From the NCBI GenBank assembly GCA_963733035.1, contig CAVTBU010000001.1, positions 1 to 64,000 on the forward strand: 64,000 bases of DNA, read 5' to 3'. The notes beneath the pieces are model-generated. The model worked only from the letters and a program-made list of their open reading frames with translations, was not told the DNA's origin and made no database searches. How positions within the stretch are numbered: the first letter of the stretch is position 1; each line of letters begins with the position of its first letter. The stretch comes from Pirellulales bacterium. Its GTDB lineage: Bacteria > Planctomycetota > Planctomycetia > Pirellulales > PALSA-1355. Of this stretch, positions 10,621 through 20,427 are shown in pieces. Position numbers and translations under genes: made by a program.

Positions 10621-12405
10621 TTACTGACCCGCGGCTCCGCCCGGACCCCGCGGTTCGCCTCCTTGCCGCGACATCTCTTGCATTTTACGGCGTAGCGCGG
10701 CAAGTTCCTTGGCGTCGATAAAGCCGTCGCCGTCGGTGTCCAAGCGGCTGAAGCCGTCCTTCATACGGCCGGGGGCTTCGTCCTGGCTGATCTTGCCATC
10801 GCCGTCCTTGTCAAGGGACTTCAGATCCAAGCCGGGCGGTTTGCCTGCCGGCTTACCAGCCGCCGGGTCACTGGCGCTTAGGGCGGGCAAATTGGCGGGC
10901 TTGTCGCCGCCAAAGCGATCCTTCACGTTGACAGTCTCTTCCGTGTGATCATCTTCGCGGGCGTCCGCGATGCTCGCCCGTGGATTTAGCAGTACGTTTT
11001 CGCCATCTTGTAGTCCGCTCTTGATCTCAATGCGCGTGTTGTTGCCCAGGCCCAATTTCACTTCGCGTTTCTCGACCCCGCCGCGACCATTGACCCAGCA
11101 ATAGAAGTGCCCCTTCTTCTCGACAATTGCCTGCACGGGCACGCTAAGCACATTGGGCAGATTCGCGACCAGAATCTCGACGGCCGCGGTCAAGCCGGGC
11201 CGCAATCCGGTCGGGTCGCTTTCAATCGCCACGACGCAGGCGTATTCCTTGACGTTGCCTGAGAACCAATTGCTGGGTTCGGGCTGGTTCTTAACCGTGG
11301 TGACGACACCCTGAAACTCGTGGTCTTGAACTTTGATTCGCGCCCGCTGACCGCGCTGCATACTGTCGATCTTCGACTCGTGCACGGTGCATTTGACCTG
11401 CATGTGCGAGAGGTCGGGAAGTTGGATGATGGTCTGCCGCTCGCGAACCAAGGCGCCTTCCTCAACGACGGTCGCTTCGCTGCTGCGGCGGCCCTGCTCG
11501 TTGGCAAACACCACCATGCCATCGGCGGGCGCGGTGATGACGCATTTTTCCAACTCGACCTCCAACTTTCGCAAGCGATCCTCCTCCAACTTGAAGGCCG
11601 CGTCTTCGGAGGCCATTTTTGCTTCGGCGGCGTCTCGAACGCTTTCCAGCCCCACCACCGTCTTGGCCTTGGTGAATTTTTCCAGCACCTCGATCGCCTT
11701 TTCGGCGACATCAAGGTCGAGCTGCGCCCGCTGCACGGCAAAGGCCTGCGCGTCACGCTGCAGCGTGGTCACATATCCCTTACGGTGCATGCGGTTCGTA
11801 AACAACAGATTGTTGCGGGCGCTTTCCAGATTCTCTTTGGCAACCGTGGCGGTAACCTGCAGCGTTTGCAACTGCTGAACGTACATGCCTTCGGTGTATT
11901 CCTGGACCGAGATCTTCGCGGCCTCGTAATTCTTCTCCGCTTCGATCTTGATGGCCTTGGCCTTCTCGTACGTAATCCGCTGCAAGTCGATCTTTTCCTG
12001 AATTCCGGCCGAGTCGAGCCGCACCAACTCATCGCCTTTCTTGACTTCCGTACCGTCGGGAATGATCCACAGGATCGTGCTTCCTCCCTGAACTTCGCAC
12101 TTGATGTCCAGGTTGTGGGCACTTTCCAACGTGCCATCCTCGGCGATCGAGACGACCAGGTTCGTGCGCCGCGCCTTTTCCGTCAGGATGTTGCCGCTGA
12201 CGGTCGTGCCCGAAAGCATGCTCGAGCCCAAAGTCGCATAGGCCAGCCCACCGGCTGCCACCACCAGGACGCCGATGATCAACCAACGAGATATGCGGCG
12301 GCGCCGACGGGGTGGTGGAGAGACGGCTGCGCCGCTGGACACGTTCTGCACGATTGCGGCAAACTTGGACGTGTGCTGCTGATCCTCACGTGTGGTGGTG
12401 CTCAT
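10621..12405 (-). CDS. Efflux periplasmic adaptor subunit (MacA-like) with C-terminal EF-hand pair
   Basis: N-terminal TM, VKKGDELVRLD lipoyl half, coiled coil, ITAPADGMVV, LRPGLTA; EF-hand loops DKDGDGKISQDE and DTDGDGFIDAKE. Confidence 0.88.
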   Translation of the reverse strand: MSTTTREDQQHTSKFAAIVQNVSSGAAVSPPPRRRRRISRWLIIGVLVVAAGGLAYATLGSSMLSGTTVSGNILTEKARRTNLVVSIAEDGTLESAHNLDIKCEVQGGSTILWIIPDGTEVKKGDELVRLDSAGIQEKIDLQRITYEKAKAIKIEAEKNYEAAKISVQEYTEGMYVQQLQTLQVTATVAKENLESARNNLLFTNRMHRKGYVTTLQRDAQAFAVQRAQLDLDVAEKAIEVLEKFTKAKTVVGLESVRDAAEAKMASEDAAFKLEEDRLRKLEVELEKCVITAPADGMVVFANEQGRRSSEATVVEEGALVRERQTIIQLPDLSHMQVKCTVHESKIDSMQRGQRARIKVQDHEFQGVVTTVKNQPEPSNWFSGNVKEYACVVAIESDPTGLRPGLTAAVEILVANLPNVLSVPVQAIVEKKGHFYCWVNGRGGVEKREVKLGLGNNTRIEIKSGLQDGENVLLNPRASIADAREDDHTEETVNVKDRFGGDKPANLPALSASDPAAGKPAGKPPGLDLKSLDKDGDGKISQDEAPGRMKDGFSRLDTDGDGFIDAKELAALRRKMQEMSRQGGEPRGPGGAAGQ

Positions 12406-12561
12406 CGTCGAGCCTCAGATCCTGGTTCAGGTGCGGGCGGGACTGGGTCAGGTAGGATGCACACGGCGCGGGGGCGATTGCACCGCAACCTCATTCTCAC
12501 CTGTTTGGGGGCCAAATTCAAGCCAAACAACCAACTTAAGCGGCGCCGGCCTGATGCCCGA

Positions 12562-15500
12562 TTAGCGCCGTAACCGCAGGTTCTGACCTGCTGAGACAGC
12601 TTTGCTGCCGTCCGCTCGAATCTCGATCGGAACCGGAACGGCAGATTCATCCTCCGGCAGTGCCATCAAACCCCTGTACTGCCCGCGTGATGCTCTCTGG
12701 GTCGAATCCCGCTCGGTGCTTTGCTTCGCTTGTTGCGCCCGACTCTCGGCGGCCGGTACCTCGTGATTCACTCGCAAGATTGACAGCAGTGGAACTCCGG
12801 CACCGATCGGTCGAGCCTTGGCGGGGACCCTTTCCGACTCGGCCAACTGCGAGCCCTGCAGTTCCGTATTTGCCGGGTCGGCCCAGTCACGCTCCGGCGC
12901 CGGAATCAATCCGGCGAATTGCCGACGAACGCCGCTCCGCCGCGCCTGCCGCATCTTATATTCCTGCAACAGGACTTCCGGATCCGCTTGCTCCACGTCG
13001 GTCGGACTGACGCCCGCATCATCCATCCATTCATTCGGTACTTCCGGAGGCATAGGGCACTCCGCTTCGGTCAAACACTCGGCATCCTCGATCGGACGCT
13101 CGATCCACATTCCGCAATCGTCAAGCTCCATGATTCCCAAGTTGCGGTACAGGAGCATACGGCTCTGATAGTAATTCAACACCACGCTCATCAGATTGTT
13201 CTGCGCGTTGGTGAGATCATTGAGGGCGAAAATCAGGTTTTGCCCCACCGTTGGGCCAAGCGCCTCAACCGGCATGCCCGGCTCGACCGGCGCAGGCGGT
13301 TTGTTCAGGTCCTCGCGGGTCTTATCCACGCGGCGAACGGCGATCACCACGGCGCGGCGCTGAATCTCCATGTTGGTTTCCAACTGTGCCAACGATCGGA
13401 GCAGGGCACGCAGGGTGAGGTTCACACCGTCTTTGTACTGGTACAAAGCCCGCCGCTGCTGCTGGTAGAAAATCAACGCCGAACGATAGTTATTTCGCTG
13501 CAGACGGCGGGTAAAGGGCGCATCGAACGCCAGGCCAACTCGCAGGTTGCCGTCCTTCCCGTTGAACGCCACGCCGTTGTTGCCGACCGTGCCCATATTG
13601 CCGTCAAAAGTCAGGTCCAATCCGGCCTTGAGCTGATTGGCGTTCCACGTGATCAGTCGCCACTGATCGACCAGGCTAGCGCGATTGTTCATCCAGTCCA
13701 GGCGGTTTGCCCGAGCGATACACAGGGCTTTCTCGCTATCGAGATCAACGTGCGGAATGGTCACGGTTTCCAGGCGGGTGCGGGCTTTGACGAGCGCGAG
13801 TTCCTGCGTCAAGCCGGAAAGCCCCACGCCGAGCGCAACGATCTGGTCGATCGCTTCGCCGCCGGCCCCGGCGGCCAGGTTGGCATGCAAGTTCTGCAAC
13901 ACCCCTTCAGTGTCGTTGAACCGAGTTTCGACGTCGCGCAGACTTTCGGTAAGTTTCTGGCGTTCCTGCTCAAAGTCCTGCCTTTGACGTTCCGTCATTT
14001 GCTTTTCGCGTTCGGGCACGGCGGCCGTCAGTTTCTCCATGTCGCCATGTGCCGATTGGAATTGCCCGGCCAATCGTTCGCGCAAGGCGGCCAGCGTCTC
14101 AGCGGCCTTGGCCAATTCGGCCGGACTCGGCTCCTCGGGCAAGTCTCCCACGACGCGCACAAACTCGTCGATCATCCTCTGCACGGCGATCGTATCAGGA
14201 TCGAGAAACTGAAACTGGGCGAGCATCGAGTCATCCAGTTCGATGGCCGTGTCTGGAGGCAGACCAATCGTGCCAGCTTTGAAGGAATCGAGCGAATTCT
14301 GGTAGCTAATTTGAGCCGAGAGCAGGTTGGCGCGCGTGGTCTCGATATTTTGACGGAACTGGTCAACTTGCACGATGTCGATCAATCCGGCATCGAGATT
14401 CGCCTCGAGCAGACCCAGCGTACTGATGAGTGAGTTTAGATTGAGTTGCAGGTTGGCGATTTGCTGTTTCTGCTGCAAAAGTCCGACGAAACCGCCCACC
14501 GTGCCGGCGCCTCCGCCCACGAAACCAGCACCGGCCTGGGCGCCACCACCGCCGTTGCCGCCGCCGCCTTGAATGCCGAACGTATTGCTACCGACACCAC
14601 CGAAACCGCTGGCACCCTGGCCGCTAAACCCGGTTAGTCCCGTGCCGCCGAAGAAACCACCCTGACGCTGCGGACCCGACCCAGCGCTTCCGCCCACCGC
14701 GACCGAAGTGTAAAAGCCCTGACGGTAGAATTGCATCGCGCGCAGGTTCGCCAGCAGGGCACGCTCCACGATGGTTAGTTGCTCCATCACGTACGCGCGG
14801 CCGCCATTTCGTAACAGCGGCTGGATAAAGCTGAAATTCAACAACGACGAGGTAAAATTCGTGTCTGGTCCGGCAAACTGCCACACGACCGAATTGGCAA
14901 GCCCGACGATCAACTCACCGCCGGCCGAGAACTCGCGATGGACCGAAAGATTCGACGTTTGCGTTAGCGAATTTTGCTCGCCGAGGGCCGGGTTCTTCAG
15001 CGGGCCCTCATGATCGAAGACCGTGTCTGAGTTACCAAAGAACTGCGAGTCGAAGCGGAAACGCTCCGTGCTCACGTCCAGGGCCGAGAGGTAGATCGTC
15101 TCGATTTGGGTGCGGTATGAAGCCGAATGCACTTGCGCAAGGCAAACCGCTCCGTTCATCGTCAGCTTGATGTTTCCGTCTTCGGTTACCTCGTTATACT
15201 GCGTCAGCAGATCCTTCCATCGCGGGTTTTCCAGGTAGTCCCAATGACCGTACATGTCCCAGCAGGGCCATTGCCGCCGCCCGGCAATGCATTTCATATA
15301 GCGATGCGAAGCCGGGTCGTCGTAGGGCATTGCTGGGCCGTCCGGGTTCGTCGGATCGAAGTAACGAGCCCTCGGGTCCATGCCAATTGTGTAGTTAAGA
15401 AACTGCCACCTCGGGTCGTTCGACTTCTGCGTCACCAGGTATTTGACTTCCTTGTCGGCGCGGAGCCGGAAGAACTGCCGGGTGCAGCCGGTGAGCGTGG

Positions 15501-15564
15501 AAATCAAGCCTGCCAGCACTCCACAGGCCAGCAGCGTTCGTTTTGTCGTTCCCGTCCAGTGCAC
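12562..15564 (-). CDS. Planctomycete-type large TolC-like outer-membrane efflux lipoprotein
   Basis: Lipobox-like LTGC, QPLLRNGG and ARANRLDWMN.RA.LVD.WR motifs; first gene of the adaptor-permease-ATPase operon. Confidence 0.72.
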   Translation of the reverse strand: MHWTGTTKRTLLACGVLAGLISTLTGCTRQFFRLRADKEVKYLVTQKSNDPRWQFLNYTIGMDPRARYFDPTNPDGPAMPYDDPASHRYMKCIAGRRQWPCWDMYGHWDYLENPRWKDLLTQYNEVTEDGNIKLTMNGAVCLAQVHSASYRTQIETIYLSALDVSTERFRFDSQFFGNSDTVFDHEGPLKNPALGEQNSLTQTSNLSVHREFSAGGELIVGLANSVVWQFAGPDTNFTSSLLNFSFIQPLLRNGGRAYVMEQLTIVERALLANLRAMQFYRQGFYTSVAVGGSAGSGPQRQGGFFGGTGLTGFSGQGASGFGGVGSNTFGIQGGGGNGGGGAQAGAGFVGGGAGTVGGFVGLLQQKQQIANLQLNLNSLISTLGLLEANLDAGLIDIVQVDQFRQNIETTRANLLSAQISYQNSLDSFKAGTIGLPPDTAIELDDSMLAQFQFLDPDTIAVQRMIDEFVRVVGDLPEEPSPAELAKAAETLAALRERLAGQFQSAHGDMEKLTAAVPEREKQMTERQRQDFEQERQKLTESLRDVETRFNDTEGVLQNLHANLAAGAGGEAIDQIVALGVGLSGLTQELALVKARTRLETVTIPHVDLDSEKALCIARANRLDWMNNRASLVDQWRLITWNANQLKAGLDLTFDGNMGTVGNNGVAFNGKDGNLRVGLAFDAPFTRRLQRNNYRSALIFYQQQRRALYQYKDGVNLTLRALLRSLAQLETNMEIQRRAVVIAVRRVDKTREDLNKPPAPVEPGMPVEALGPTVGQNLIFALNDLTNAQNNLMSVVLNYYQSRMLLYRNLGIMELDDCGMWIERPIEDAECLTEAECPMPPEVPNEWMDDAGVSPTDVEQADPEVLLQEYKMRQARRSGVRRQFAGLIPAPERDWADPANTELQGSQLAESERVPAKARPIGAGVPLLSILRVNHEVPAAESRAQQAKQSTERDSTQRASRGQYRGLMALPEDESAVPVPIEIRADGSKAVSAGQNLRLRR

Positions 15565-15803
15565 GATGTGCCGCCCGTTGTTCAGAGGATTTGGCGTTTT
15601 CCAACCGCATAATCCAGCCGAGGCGCAAGATCATTTCGTCGCACCTCGATGGGATTGGTCGGCTGTTGAAATGGGTCGACTTTAGCGATTACATGAAGAC
15701 TGCCGATAATGGCGACTCTGCGGACAGTCCAGCGTCGCAGAAACCCGCCATTTCTTCCCAAACCACCACGTCAATCCGACCACTCCGACCGATTCCTGAA
15801 CAC

Positions 15804-16112
15804 GCTCTCGTCCGCATTGATAGCATCGATGACTCGAAGTTGATGGGCCTACCGGTACACCTCAAGGCAACGAACGCCACCCGCCACAGCGGCCGCCTGA
15901 TCGCCAATGGGGACCAGTTGGTCCATCGTCTGATTGATGGCGGTCTCGAGGTCGATTCGTTATTGCTAGCGGCCCGCCACGCGGAGGACTTCCTGCCACG
16001 CGTCTCGGCTGCGACGTGCCGGCGGCAAATGACAATTCCGATGCGAACGGATTTTGACTCGCCGAACGCCGCCATCGCGGCCGCTGTTCCGCTCATCCAC
16101 CTGGCTTGCTGA
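15804..16112 (+). pseudogene. Internally deleted TrmH/SpoU-family RNA methyltransferase remnant
   Basis: TrmH-like N-terminus (IDSIDDSKL..HLKATNATRHSGRLIANGDQLVHRL) is fused directly to a degenerate C-terminal motif (TIPMRTDFDSPNAAIAAAV, cf. IPM...DSLN). The catalytic core is absent. Confidence 0.6.
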
Positions 16113-16181
16113 GGGCGTTTCCCAGGGCAAATTCGACGCTCCTAGATGGTCGTTAAACCGGGATGGCAGCGTGAAATTTAC

Positions 16182-16210
16182 TTGCTAGCCCGGGCCTCGC
16201 CAATTATCCT
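16182..16210 (+). promoter_or_regulatory. sigma70-type promoter for the DUF1598 genes
   Basis: TTGCTA-17 nt-TATCCT in an AT-rich intergenic patch. Confidence 0.5.
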
Positions 16211-16351
16211 ATTTATTAGGCGCCAAGCACCTTAGGGCGTTTTTTCGGGCCTTCGCTTTTCGGCGCCTTGGTACGGAGTTCAATGGCATCTCCTGGTCGC
16301 CCGTTCGATCTCGGTAACGTGCGCGATACGAGTTTCTTAAGGGACCCTCGC

Positions 16352-17707
16352 ATGTCGATCCATCGCCAAAGCAAGTCGCTTTTGCGACCGTGGCTCTTCG
16401 TCGTCAGCGCCGTTGTCGCTAGCCTCCTTGCTCCTGCCGCCCAGGCCCAGTTCTTTACACAGCAGGTGGGTGGCGTCTCGATTGACCCGAATGGATTGCT
16501 GTCGACGATCGAGCTGGATCAACTGAACGAGTTGAAGCGGGTGCGACAGGAAGCCTTTGCTCCGGTGCCCGATGCCTTGCAGGACCAGGGCCTGCGGAAG
16601 ATCTCGCTCCGCGGCCTGGAGGCGGCCATCGCCGAGTTGCACCGCGACGGCCTGCCGCTGACCGATGAGATCCGCTACCTGGGCGGACTACAACGCATTC
16701 AATACGTGCTGGTCTACCCCGAGCGGAACGATATCGTCATCGCCGGGCCGGCCGAAGGCTGGAAGCTCAACGCCCTGGGAGAAGTCGTCGGCCTGACGAC
16801 CGACCGCCCTGTGTTGCTGCTCGACGATTTGCTCGTCTCGCTCCGAGCGATCGAAGGCGCCCAAGCGACGGGGATCCTCTGCTCGATCGATCCGACCAAC
16901 GAAGGCCTGGCCCGGTCGGCCGCGCTGATCAAACGACTGACCAACCCGGGCTCGAACATCGAACCGGTGCTGCGGCAACTGGAAGAGGCCGTCGGCCCGC
17001 AAACGATCACCGTCAAGGGCGTGCCCGACACCAGCCACTTTGCTCGCGTGCTGGTGGCCGCCGACTATCGCATGAAGCGGATCGCGATGGGCTTCGACGA
17101 GTCGCCCGTCCGTCAGCTTCCCAGCTACTTGCAAATGCTTAGCGTTTCCAGCGCCCGCCAGGCTGGCAGCATGCCGCGGTGGTGGCTGGAACCGACCTAC
17201 GACGCCATCCTCGCGGATGCCGACGGTCTGGCTTTCGAATTCCGGGGAGCCAGCGTGAAGGCCATGACCGAGGATCAGTATCTGGATGCCAACGGGCAGC
17301 GGAAGGCCAGCGGCCGCGTGGACGGCATGGCCCGCAAGTGGTCGGACCTGATGACCAGGCACTACGACGAACTATCGCGGCAGGACGCCATCTTCGGCCA
17401 ATTGCGCAACTGTATCGACATGGCCGTGCTGGCCGCCCTGATCCACAAGGAAAACCTGGCCGAGAAGGTCCATTGGAGCATGCCGCTATTGCTCGATACC
17501 AAACTGCAGGTCGAGCGGCACTATCCCGCCCGGCAGGTCGCCTCGCAGGCCAGCGCGGTGCACAAAAACGGCGCCTGGATCCTGAGCGTCTCGGGTGGCG
17601 TGATGATCAACCCCTGGCAACTGGTAAACCACGTGAAACAAAACCCCGAGTTGGCCACCCTCCGCAAAACGACCACCCCACCAGCTGAACATTGGTGCTG
17701 GAACTAA
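16352..17707 (+). CDS. DUF1598 domain-containing secreted protein, copy 1
   Basis: Signal peptide; VGGVSIDPNG, LRKISLRGLE, GLQRIQYVLVYPE, SHFARVLVAADYRMKRIAMG, SGGVMI motifs. Confidence 0.82.
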   Translation: MSIHRQSKSLLRPWLFVVSAVVASLLAPAAQAQFFTQQVGGVSIDPNGLLSTIELDQLNELKRVRQEAFAPVPDALQDQGLRKISLRGLEAAIAELHRDGLPLTDEIRYLGGLQRIQYVLVYPERNDIVIAGPAEGWKLNALGEVVGLTTDRPVLLLDDLLVSLRAIEGAQATGILCSIDPTNEGLARSAALIKRLTNPGSNIEPVLRQLEEAVGPQTITVKGVPDTSHFARVLVAADYRMKRIAMGFDESPVRQLPSYLQMLSVSSARQAGSMPRWWLEPTYDAILADADGLAFEFRGASVKAMTEDQYLDANGQRKASGRVDGMARKWSDLMTRHYDELSRQDAIFGQLRNCIDMAVLAALIHKENLAEKVHWSMPLLLDTKLQVERHYPARQVASQASAVHKNGAWILSVSGGVMINPWQLVNHVKQNPELATLRKTTTPPAEHWCWN

Positions 17708-17738
17708 TTCAATTAAGCACGCAAGCCGGCACGCATCC
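16460..17738 (+). repeat. 1279-bp near-identical direct repeat, unit 1 (partner 17958-19236)
   Basis: Visual alignment at offset 1498; about 7 substitutions noticed. Confidence 0.95.
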
Positions 17739-17843
17739 TTCGACGTTTGCCGGTCGTCGCAGATGATCGAGCGTACAAGACAATTGAGTCGCCCGTCAGA
17801 TTTCGGGAGGCATCACGAAATTCGAAATCGGAAGGGAGCCTCC

Positions 17844-19205
17844 ATGTCGATCCAGCGAGAAAACACGTCGCGGCCATGCGCCTTGCTATTGGTGGCCACG
17901 TTCGTCTTAGTCCAGGCGGCGTTTACGTCGACTGCGCAGGCGCAGCTCTTCGGCCGTCAGCAGGTGGGTGGCGTCTCGATTGACCCGAATGGATTGCTTT
18001 CGAAGATCGAGTTGGATCAACTGAACGAGTTGAAGCGGGTGCGACAGGAAGCCTTTGCTCCGGTGCCCGATGGTTTGCAGGACCAGGGCCTGCGGAAGAT
18101 CTCGCTCCGCGGCCTGGAGGCGGCCATCGCCGAGTTGCACCGCGACGGCCTGCCGCTGACCGATGAGATCCGCTACCTGGGCGGACTACAACGCATTCAA
18201 TACGTGCTGGTCTACCCCGAGCGGAACGATATCGTCATCGCCGGGCCGGCCGAAGGCTGGAAGCTCAACGCCCTGGGAGAAGTCGTCGGCCTGACGACCG
18301 ACCGCCCTGTGTTGCTGCTCGACGATTTGCTCGTCTCGCTCCGAGCGATCGAAGGCGCCCAAGCGACGGGGATCCTCTGCTCGATCGATCCGACCAACGA
18401 AGGCCTGGCCCGGTCGGCCGCGCTGATCAAACGACTGACCAACCCGGGCTCGAACATCGAACCGGTGCTGCGGCAACTGGAAGAGGCCGTCGGCCCGCAA
18501 ACGATCACCGTCAAGGGCGTGCCCGACACCAGCCACTTTGCTCGCGTGCTGGTGGCCGCCGACTATCGCATGAAGCGGATCGCGATGGGCTTCGACGAGT
18601 CGCCCGTCCGTCAGCTTCCCAGCTACTTGCAAATGCTTAGCGTTTCCAGCGCCCGCCAGGCTGGCAGCATGCCGCGGTGGTGGCTGGAACCGACCTACGA
18701 CGCCATCCTCGCGGATGCCGACGGTCTGGCATTCGAATTCCGGGGAGCCAGCGTGAAGGCCATGACCGAGGATCAGTACCTGGATGCCAACGGGCAGCGG
18801 AAGGCCAGCGGCCGCGTGGACGGCATGGCCCGCAAGTGGTCGGACCTGATGACCAGGCACTACGACGAACTATCGCGGCAGGACGCCATCTTCGGCCAAT
18901 TGCGCAACTGTATCGACATGGCCGTGCTGGCCGCCCTGATCCACAAGGAAAACCTGGCCGAGAAGGTCCATTGGAGCATGCCGCTATTGCTCGATACCAA
19001 ACTGCAGGTCGAGCGGCACTATCCCGCCCGGCAGGTCGCCTCGCAGGCCAGCGCGGTGCACAAAAACGGCGCCTGGATCCTGAGCGTCTCGGGTGGCGTG
19101 ATGATCAACCCCTGGCAACTGGTAAACCACGTGAAACAAAACCCCGAGTTGGCCACCCTCCGCAAAACGACCACCCCACCAGCTGAACATTGGTGCTGGA
19201 ACTAA
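17844..19205 (+). CDS. DUF1598 domain-containing secreted protein, copy 2
   Basis: Mature region almost identical to copy 1, different signal peptide, GGGAG SD. Confidence 0.82.
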   Translation: MSIQRENTSRPCALLLVATFVLVQAAFTSTAQAQLFGRQQVGGVSIDPNGLLSKIELDQLNELKRVRQEAFAPVPDGLQDQGLRKISLRGLEAAIAELHRDGLPLTDEIRYLGGLQRIQYVLVYPERNDIVIAGPAEGWKLNALGEVVGLTTDRPVLLLDDLLVSLRAIEGAQATGILCSIDPTNEGLARSAALIKRLTNPGSNIEPVLRQLEEAVGPQTITVKGVPDTSHFARVLVAADYRMKRIAMGFDESPVRQLPSYLQMLSVSSARQAGSMPRWWLEPTYDAILADADGLAFEFRGASVKAMTEDQYLDANGQRKASGRVDGMARKWSDLMTRHYDELSRQDAIFGQLRNCIDMAVLAALIHKENLAEKVHWSMPLLLDTKLQVERHYPARQVASQASAVHKNGAWILSVSGGVMINPWQLVNHVKQNPELATLRKTTTPPAEHWCWN

Positions 19206-19236
19206 TTCAATTAAGCACGCAAGCCGGCACGCATCC
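17958..19236 (+). repeat. 1279-bp near-identical direct repeat, unit 2
   Basis: Matches 16460-17738, including the post-stop TTCAATTAAGCACGCAAGCCGGCACGCATCC. Confidence 0.95.
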
Positions 19237-20179
19237 GCCACAGCCCAGCCAGAATCATTCCACAAAGCAGTAGATACGCTGAGCCGGGCTCCGGCACGCT
19301 AAACGCGTAAAAGTAAATTGGCCGCGGTCCGGCTGAGTCCCATTCACTGGTGGTAAAAAAGCCGGAGCCGTCTGCAGCCCAGCCAATCGCCTCACCCTGC
19401 GTCTCCGCGGCCAGCGTTACGGGAAGCGGCGTCGTCTGCAGCGCATCGGTCACAGATTGACCGGGACTGCGATTCCACAGATAGGCCGTGGTTGAGCGAT
19501 TGCGGATGAGAATATGCAGTCCGTCGGGCGAAATGTCGGCGGCACTCGGCTCTCCGATGGCCACGTCGACGTTGCCGGCAAATTGCAGCACGTTCGTTTT
19601 TCCTGGCACATCGAAAACATCGGCCGTGGCCCGGTAAATTTGTCCGCCGGGATTCTTGGTCACAATAAACAAATCGCCGGTTAGCGGGTCGACCATCAAC
19701 GACTCGGCGTTCCGCGGACCGGTCGGGTATTGCAACAGCGCGGTCTGATACTGCGTGAAGACAATCGAGCCGCCGTTTGAATGGGTGGGCTCGGTCGTCC
19801 GATAGATCTCGATGGAAGTGCGCACACTATCGTTGTCGCCGATGTCGCCGAGATACAGGTAGCTGCCTCCGCCGGCCTTCGGCCCGATGGCAATGTCCTC
19901 CCAGTCCACGTTCGTCGCACCGATGAGCGAGAATTGGCCCAGGAGTGATCCGTCGGTCGCCACGGCAAAAAACCTCGCAGTATCGCCCGCGTCGTTGTGC
20001 ATCCAGAGAACGCCCGGCATCGAAACGCTGCCCGCCAGCCCGGAGGTCTCTTGCAGGCTAGTCGAAGTTGTCGTGCCCACTTGCACGGCGGGACCAATGG
20101 TCGTGGCCCATGCCGCGCCGCTCACGTATGTGCTCAATGAGAAAACGACACCAGCGAATACCCGCGGAATGTGCAACAC
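19211..20179 (-). CDS. PEP-CTERM sorting-domain surface protein (beta-propeller-like); start uncertain
   Basis: ETSGLA, WMHNDAGD, DWEDIA, GDIGDN, NAESL, QGEAI motifs; C-terminal VPEPGS + TM + basic tail. Confidence 0.8.
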   Translation of the reverse strand: MLHIPRVFAGVVFSLSTYVSGAAWATTIGPAVQVGTTTSTSLQETSGLAGSVSMPGVLWMHNDAGDTARFFAVATDGSLLGQFSLIGATNVDWEDIAIGPKAGGGSYLYLGDIGDNDSVRTSIEIYRTTEPTHSNGGSIVFTQYQTALLQYPTGPRNAESLMVDPLTGDLFIVTKNPGGQIYRATADVFDVPGKTNVLQFAGNVDVAIGEPSAADISPDGLHILIRNRSTTAYLWNRSPGQSVTDALQTTPLPVTLAAETQGEAIGWAADGSGFFTTSEWDSAGPRPIYFYAFSVPEPGSAYLLLCGMILAGLWRMRAGLRA

Positions 20180-20427
20180 GGCGGCAAGCCTTTCAAAACT
20201 GCAAACGACGGCCTCGGCGCGGAATTGTTCGGACGCCGGATGCTTCCCACACCCGAGCCAGTCGGCCGACTGATTGAGCCACAACACGCATTTCACACCT
20301 ACGTGAAGGCATGCAGAGTAAGTGTCGCCGCATAAAGAATCAATTCGATATTGCGTTAGGAACGTGTTACGAATTGATGAGGGGCAACTACAAATTGCGA
20401 TTTTCGATGGCCTGTCCGCAGGTCGCG

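Noticed and set aside
16218..16268. Possible leader terminator before DUF1598 copy 1 (CGCC...GGCG-T6)
   Set aside because: The stem is only 4 bp with a long loop and competes with an AGGCGCC/GGCGCCT pairing, so it is too weak to call.
16460..19236. DUF1598 repeat as a diversity-generating retroelement TR/VR pair or as IS ends
   Set aside because: The repeat is gene-length, the differences are not adenine-specific, and there is no reverse transcriptase or transposase in the window.
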